Below, one piece after another: positions 56,341 through 61,034 of a stretch of DNA of 61,034 bases. The notes beneath the pieces were generated by a model. The model did not search any database. It saw only the letters and a program-made list of their open reading frames with translations, and had not been told where the DNA came from. Source of the stretch: a bacterium (lineage in GTDB: Bacteria; Hydrothermota; UBA3073; JACQXS01); the NCBI GenBank assembly GCA_030592575.1, contig JAUVIV010000002.1, positions 1 through 61,034 on the forward strand, in the 5' to 3' direction. The position numbers and the translations under genes were made by a program. The first letter of the stretch is position 1, and the number at the start of each line of letters is the position of its first letter.

Positions 56341-57429
56341 ATGGCAAAAACATTCGCTTGTCAATTTGATGATACGTCAAAAAATTTTTCTAAAGAGATA
56401 AGAGGAATTCTTGTTCAAACAACTCAAATCCTTAAAAATAATCATTTCAAAAATCCCTCCAAAGAAGCAATTATACTCGTAGCTTGTGCATTGAAAATAG
56501 ACAAAATATCTCTCTATCTTCATTACAACAAAATTTTATCAGATTTAGAGCAAGCTTCTATATCCAAACTCCTCGCAAGAAGACTTGAGCACGAACCACT
56601 GGAATATTTAACAGGACAGGTAAATTTTATGGGAATTGATTTTATGATTGAACCTCCGATTCTTATTCCAAGACCAGAGACTGAAGTTTTAGTTGAAACT
56701 CTTGTGAAATTAGCAAAAAGTAGAAACGATTCGCAAACCGCTCCTACCATAATATTTGATATAGGAACAGGTTCCGGAATAATCGGAATAACAAGTTTAA
56801 AGTTTTTACCCAACGCAAGAGTTTACGCTTCAGATATAATCGACCTCCACCTTGCCAAAAGAAACGCAATTAAACTTTCCACCTGTCATTCCTTTACTTC
56901 CGCTCAGGACAAGTCTGAGCCCACCTGTCATTCTGAACCCTTCGGCTGTCATTCTGAACGAAGTGAAGAATCTCAATTTTTGCCTCAGGATAAACTCCGT
57001 GAAGAATCTCGCGGTTGTCAGAGTAAGCCCCGTAAAGAGTCTAAACTTAAAATATCTGAAAGAATAAGTTTTTTAAGAAGCGATTTACTGCAATCATTTA
57101 AAAGAAAAGCAGATTTCATTGTATCAAATCCTCCTTATATTTCGAGTTCTGAAATACCCTCACTTCAGCCGGAAATAAAGTTATTTGAATCACATACCGC
57201 ATTAGATGGTGGAGAAGATGGACTATTCTTTATTAGAGAACTAATAAGAACTTCCGGAAATAACCTTAAGAAAAGCGGAATGCTCTTGTTAGAGATTTCC
57301 CCGGAGCAAACTGATACTATAGGAAAAGAAGCTCTAAAGTATTTTGAATCTGTAGAGTTTATAAAAGATTTTTTTGGAAGAACAAGGGTCTTCCTTGCTA
57401 AATATCCAAAAACAGGAACATACTTTTAA
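56341..57429 (+). CDS. prmC: release-factor glutamine N5-methyltransferase PrmC/HemK carrying a 57-codon repeat-derived insertion
   Basis: SAM motif IFDIGTGSGIIG; catalytic FIVSNPPYI; follows prfA as usual; the segment between the two motifs is repeat DNA. Confidence 0.8.
   Translation: MAKTFACQFDDTSKNFSKEIRGILVQTTQILKNNHFKNPSKEAIILVACALKIDKISLYLHYNKILSDLEQASISKLLARRLEHEPLEYLTGQVNFMGIDFMIEPPILIPRPETEVLVETLVKLAKSRNDSQTAPTIIFDIGTGSGIIGITSLKFLPNARVYASDIIDLHLAKRNAIKLSTCHSFTSAQDKSEPTCHSEPFGCHSERSEESQFLPQDKLREESRGCQSKPRKESKLKISERISFLRSDLLQSFKRKADFIVSNPPYISSSEIPSLQPEIKLFESHTALDGGEDGLFFIRELIRTSGNNLKKSGMLLLEISPEQTDTIGKEALKYFESVEFIKDFFGRTRVFLAKYPKTGTYF
56878..57041 (-). mobile_element. 164-bp mosaic repeat element inserted in frame in prmC, flanked by the 7-bp direct repeat TAAACTT
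   Basis: Colinear inverted homologue of 19937..20116 (with one fewer 21-bp unit); TAAACTT at 56871..56877 and 57042..57048; 164+7=171 nt (57 codons), no stop codons. Confidence 0.7.
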
Positions 57430-57566
57430 TCCCATTGGATACTCTCGATTCTCTCGCACTTAAAAACTTGACGAAATATAATTCTATAATAAGCTTTTTA
57501 AAAATAAAAAAACAAAATGCTCTTAACTCAATCCGTAATATACAACAATAATTATACTCTGAATAA

Positions 57567-57630
57567 TGTAGAGGCGAACTCACGTGTTCGCCCAAATCAT
57601 CAAGGCAGACACACAGGTCTGCCCCCTACA
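57567..57630 (+). repeat. family-C double-hairpin REP-like element
   Basis: TGTAGAGGCGAAC-tcacgt-GTTCGCCC..GGCAGAC-acacag-GTCTGCCCCCTACA; near-identical copy at 59244..59306. Confidence 0.75.
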
Positions 57631-57683
57631 TCTTTTTATCCCTTTAACCACAATTATTATTCAAACCAAGCCAAGGAGACACT

Positions 57684-59152
57684 ATGAAAAGAATATTTAG
57701 TTTTATCTGGATAATTACAGGAACACAATTTATTGTGTCCACACTCGCAATTGCACAGACACCTAATACTTTGTGGACAAAAACTTACGGAGGAGCTTCT
57801 TCTGATAAGGGTTGCTCTGTTCAAGAATGTATAAATGGAGGTTTTATAATCACAGGAAGGACAAGGTCTTTTGGTGCTGGCGATTATGATGTCTATCTTA
57901 TAAGAATAGATGCAAACAGTGATACTCTGTGGACTAAAACTTATGGCGGAAATGGTTGTGATGAGGGTTATTATATTCAAGAATGTACAGATGAGGGCTT
58001 TATAATTACAGGAGCAACAACGTCTTTTGGTGCTGGCTCCTACGATGTCTATCTTATAAGGACAGATTCAAATGGTGATACACTATGGACTAAAACTTAT
58101 GGAGGAACTACTGATGATTGGGGCTGTTCTGTTCAAGAATGTACAGATGAGGGCTTTATAATTACAGGAGCAACAACGTCTTTTGGTGCTGGCTTTTCTG
58201 ATGTCTATCTTATAAGAACAAACGCAGATGGTGATACACTATGGACTAAAACTTATGGAGGAACTACTGATGATTGGAGTAATTCTATAGATAAATGTAC
58301 AGAAGGAGGATTTGTAATTACAGGAACAACAAAGTCTTTTGGTACTGGCTCTTCTGATGTCTATCTTATAAGAACAAACGCAGATGGTGATACACTATGG
58401 ACTAGGACTTATGGTGGAACTAACAATGATGAGGGATGGTCTGTTCAGGAGTGTGCAGGAGGTGGTTTTATAATCACAGGAATGACAAGGTCTTTTGGTG
58501 CTGGCTCCTATGATGTCTATCTTATAAGAACAAACACAGATGGTGATACTTTGTGGACAAGAACTTATGGTGGAACTTGTTGTGAGTATGGCAATTCTGT
58601 AGATAAATGTACAGAAGGAGGTTTTATAATTACAGGAATGACAACTTCTTTTGATGATGGTTATGAAAATGTCTATCTTGTAAGGACAAACTCAGATGGT
58701 GATACACTATGGACACAAATTTACAGTGGAATTGGTTGTGCTTGGGGATGCTCTGTTCAGGAGTGTGCAGGTGGTGGCTTTATAATCACAGGAATGACAA
58801 CGGCTGGCAATAGTGATGTCTATCTTATAAGGATTTCCGAGACAGGAGTGGAAGAAAGAGATTGCTTCACTGACGCTCACAATGACAGGTTGGAAGTATA
58901 TCCGAATCCGTGTAGCAAAAAAACCGTTATTCCTTAAACGAAAATCGTAACGATTTACGATTAACAATTCATGATATATCAGGTAGAATGATTAAAAGTC
59001 TTTATTCCGGGACTCAAGAAAAGGGTGAGCATACAATTCTCCTAAATAATGTAGTGACATGCCATGGCATGTCACTATCTGTAGGCATTTATTTCATCAG
59101 ATTTGAAACAGATGATTTCAAGATAACAAAGAAATTTACAATAATTCGTTAA
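57684..59152 (+). pseudogene. eight-bladed repeat (beta-propeller-like) secreted protein whose T9SS C-terminal domain is out of frame at an A7 tract
   Basis: ORF 57684..58937 stops 12 nt after A7 (58917..58923); the shifted frame is open from 58916 and encodes the rest of a T9SS domain to 59152; one extra A restores NRYSLNENRNDLRLTIHD.., matching the paralogue at 17290..17575. Confidence 0.7.
59051..59078. repeat. 28-bp near-perfect palindrome GTAGTGACATGCCATGGCATGTCACTAT inside the T9SS C-terminal domain
   Basis: 22-bp perfect core; same position in the domain as 17474..17501; encodes VVTCHGMSLS. Confidence 0.6.
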
Positions 59153-59168
59153 TCGTGCTTGGTACTAT

Positions 59169-59219
59169 GGAGTGCGACAACGATGTTGTTGCATTGCAAA
59201 ATCACCGATTTTGCACTCC
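59169..59219 (+). repeat. family-E double-hairpin element
   Basis: GGAGTGC-GACAAC-gat-GTTGTTGC-A-TTGCAAAATC-acc-GATTTTGCA-CTCC; inverted copy at 27851..27900. Confidence 0.65.
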
Positions 59220-59243
59220 CAAAAAAAACACTCCGAAAATAAA

Positions 59244-59306
59244 TGTAGGGGCGAACCCACGTGTTCGCCCAAATCATCAAGGCAGACACACAGGTCTGCC
59301 TCTACA
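59244..59306 (+). repeat. family-C double-hairpin REP-like element
   Basis: TGTAGGGGCGAAC-ccacgt-GTTCGCCC..GGCAGAC-acacag-GTCTGCCTCTACA. Confidence 0.75.
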
Positions 59307-59315
59307 TCAACGATA

Positions 59316-59368
59316 GTAGGAACACGATTCATCGTGTCCGATTCGGATTTGATAAATCAAATCCCTAC
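59316..59368 (+). repeat. GTAGG..CCCTAC double-hairpin element
   Basis: ACACGAT-tc-ATCGTGT and GGATTTGAT-aa-ATCAAATCC hairpins between GTAGG and CCCTAC. Confidence 0.55.
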
Positions 59369-59603
59369 AAGACCTCTTACAAACATATAAAAAATTTGGG
59401 AAAATTTCTAATTCTTTATGGCAAAACTCCTGTCATGCTAAATAAAATAAAGCATCTGTGAGATTCTTCGCTAACGCTCAGAATAACAACTTAATATGTA
59501 GTGCTTTGAACTTGTGTTCAAGCCATAAGCAAAAGCAAACTTATGCACTTAAAAAACCATCGCCATATCATTGTAGAAATTTCAAATGAATAAAACACAA
59601 ATG

Positions 59604-59660
59604 GGTAGAGTAGGGGCAATTGCCCCTATCTAACCCCCACGCAGAAGCAAGCTTCTGCAC
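59604..59660 (+). repeat. double-hairpin element (TAGGGGCAATTGCCCCTA; GCAGAAGC-aa-GCTTCTGC)
   Basis: 18-bp perfect palindrome plus a second 8-bp-stem hairpin, preceded by GGTAGAG. Confidence 0.55.
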
Positions 59661-59677
59661 TCCAAAATAATGAGCAT

Positions 59678-60448
59678 CTACTGACTATTACCAAATGCTT
59701 TCTTGACACCGAAAAATTCACCTACCCATTCTACTGAATAAAGAACGGGTTTTCCATGCATTTCAAGTGCTGAACAAAAATGGATTTTTATTAGCTCCCA
59801 CTCAAACTTCTTTTGCCATGTTTCCGGAGCATCCAGCACTTTCCTTTTAAAGTGATGAAGAACCTTACTGAACTGTTGTTCGCCAACTCTTGAAAGATCT
59901 ATAATTAGCATTTCTTTTCTTGCCAAAATTTGAAGATTAGTGTTTAATGGATAATATAAAGCAATTATGAAAGGTCCCGGAGTTTCTATACCTTTTATTT
60001 TCCCCAGTATTAATTCTGCTCTAAAATAATCATAATTGCTGATAAAAAAGTCATCGGTTGTTGTAGAATCTTCAAGTTTATTTTCCAATGTATCACTTAC
60101 CTCAAGTGAAAGAGGCCAATAGGTAATATTCACATTCTCCTTAACGATACCACCTATTTCTCTATAATCCTCATATTTTGTATGACTGTGAAGGCTACGA
60201 TAAGCCCTATGCAACATAGCATATCGTCTAAATTCTTTCTCGGTATCCGGTTTTGCAGAAAATAACATATATGAATAAAGTCCGTATCCCGCTTCTTCGG
60301 CTTCTCCTTTAAGTAGATAGTCTCGACAAGTTATTTTTATTTCAGGACGAGCTTTTTTGGGAGCTCCGGCACATCCATAAAATAAGACACCTAAAGAATA
60401 TAAAACCGAATAAATAGCAATAATTAAAACACTGTGTCGTTTTGTCAT
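59678..60448 (-). CDS. hypothetical lipoprotein
   Basis: Lipobox-like ..GVLFYGCAG; no motif recognised; 1-nt spacer from the upstream small ORF. Confidence 0.45.
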   Translation of the reverse strand: MTKRHSVLIIAIYSVLYSLGVLFYGCAGAPKKARPEIKITCRDYLLKGEAEEAGYGLYSYMLFSAKPDTEKEFRRYAMLHRAYRSLHSHTKYEDYREIGGIVKENVNITYWPLSLEVSDTLENKLEDSTTTDDFFISNYDYFRAELILGKIKGIETPGPFIIALYYPLNTNLQILARKEMLIIDLSRVGEQQFSKVLHHFKRKVLDAPETWQKKFEWELIKIHFCSALEMHGKPVLYSVEWVGEFFGVKKAFGNSQ

Positions 60449-60449
60449 A

Positions 60450-60644
60450 TTATTCCTTTCTTTTGTTTTTGTTATTCCTTTTTTTTGTTAACAAACTAAA
60501 TATCAAATACGCAAAACAGAATAAAAACAAGAATATTATTACATACACATAATCTGGCGGTCTATTAGGTGGCAAGAAAAATATATAACCAACCAAGATT
60601 GTAAAAGGAATGCTAATAAAAAGAGAAAATAAAAATCTAATCAT
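60450..60644 (-). CDS. hypothetical small two-TM membrane protein
   Basis: Two hydrophobic segments and a basic C-terminal tail (KKRNNKNKRKE); tightly packed with the downstream lipoprotein gene. Confidence 0.3.
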   Translation of the reverse strand: MIRFLFSLFISIPFTILVGYIFFLPPNRPPDYVYVIIFLFLFCFAYLIFSLLTKKRNNKNKRKE

Positions 60645-60686
60645 TTACTTCCAGAATTATAATCAATCGTAATTATTTTCTATCTA

Positions 60687-61034
60687 TTATTCTCGGCATT
60701 TAGGTCGTTTCGGAACACCATCTTTAAATTTAGAACTTTTTGTTCGTGTGATATCAAATTCATAAGTTCCCATTTTAAGATAAGAATGATTACCTACAGT
60801 GAAGTCATCAGAAACATATTCACAATAGATTTCTAACCGCAAAGGACCTTCGGTTAATTCATTGACCTTTTGTACCTCTAATATCCTGCCACAAGCTTTT
60901 CCTATACTTATCTGTAATGTCTTTAAGTGATGGTTACAATATCTGAGTAAAAGAGCAAAGGCAAGATTATGGAATTTGTGAATAAGGAAAATAGCTTTTT
61001 CTTTTTGACTCTTGCCAGAACCTTCAATAAAATA
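60687..61034 (-). CDS. hypothetical protein, C-terminal 115 codons (5' end outside window)
   Basis: My own translation of the minus strand: ..YFIEGSGKSQKEKAIFLIHKFHNLAFALLL..GTYEFDITRTKSSKFKDGVPKRPKCRE, stop at 60687..60689; not in the supplied ORF track because it is open-ended. Confidence 0.4.
   Translation of the reverse strand, partial: YFIEGSGKSQKEKAIFLIHKFHNLAFALLLRYCNHHLKTLQISIGKACGRILEVQKVNELTEGPLRLEIYCEYVSDDFTVGNHSYLKMGTYEFDITRTKSSKFKDGVPKRPKCRE

Noticed and set aside
57466-57488. TTGACG ... TATAAT promoter-like pair upstream of the beta-propeller gene
   Set aside because: The spacer is only 11 nt, which is incompatible with sigma-70 geometry.
57398-59461. Small ORFs 57398..57595, 59172..59390 and 59261..59461 (peptides such as GEHVSSPLH and CRGEPTCSP..QTHRSAST)
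   Set aside because: They are translations of family-C/E hairpin repeats in intergenic DNA and show no independent coding signal.
1-61034. tRNA, rRNA, tmRNA, RNase P or other classical RNA genes
   Set aside because: No T-loop/acceptor-like GTTCGAATC-type motifs or rRNA-like conserved blocks were seen in any intergenic gap. The gaps are accounted for by repeats, promoters and terminators. This was a visual scan only, not a covariance-model search.

Overview
AT-rich (about one-third G+C by eye, not computed), gene-dense bacterial chromosomal window with no rRNA, tRNA or CRISPR array. All functions are called from motifs I recognise in the supplied translations; no database search was run. Housekeeping genes: aminotransferase, CaCA exchanger, yidD, tal, purB, lpxB, mtnA, pnp, rpsO, nadB, gcvPA, gcvH, prfA, prmC. 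There is a Geobacter/Myxococcus-style type IV pilus block, pilB-pilT-pilC-pilS-pilR-pilA, on the minus strand, with pilD elsewhere. Many predicted outer-membrane barrels and four secreted repeat proteins carry T9SS-type C-terminal sorting domains, which suggests an uncultivated FCB-superphylum-like lineage (low confidence). The accessory content is a methyltransferase/specificity locus without HsdR. Its M subunit carries an N-terminal PD-(D/E)xK-like domain (BcgI/Type IIB-like architecture), and an HUH/Y1 (RAYT-like) gene is wedged between M and S. The most unusual signal is a dense population of GC-enriched hairpin repeats in several families, almost all headed by GTAG...CTAC (REP/REPIN-like). 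Many lie inside coding sequences without breaking the frame: in hsdS, both RAYT-like genes, two T9SS C-terminal domains and possibly purB. A 164-bp mosaic element with a candidate 7-bp target duplication sits inside prmC. Other notable points are a canonical sigma-54 promoter with a 22-bp palindromic upstream site for pilA, an A7 tract that uncouples a beta-propeller protein from its T9SS domain, a REP-bounded discoidin-domain cassette splitting gcvH from gcvPA, and a duplicated gene 5' end flanking a decayed RAYT.
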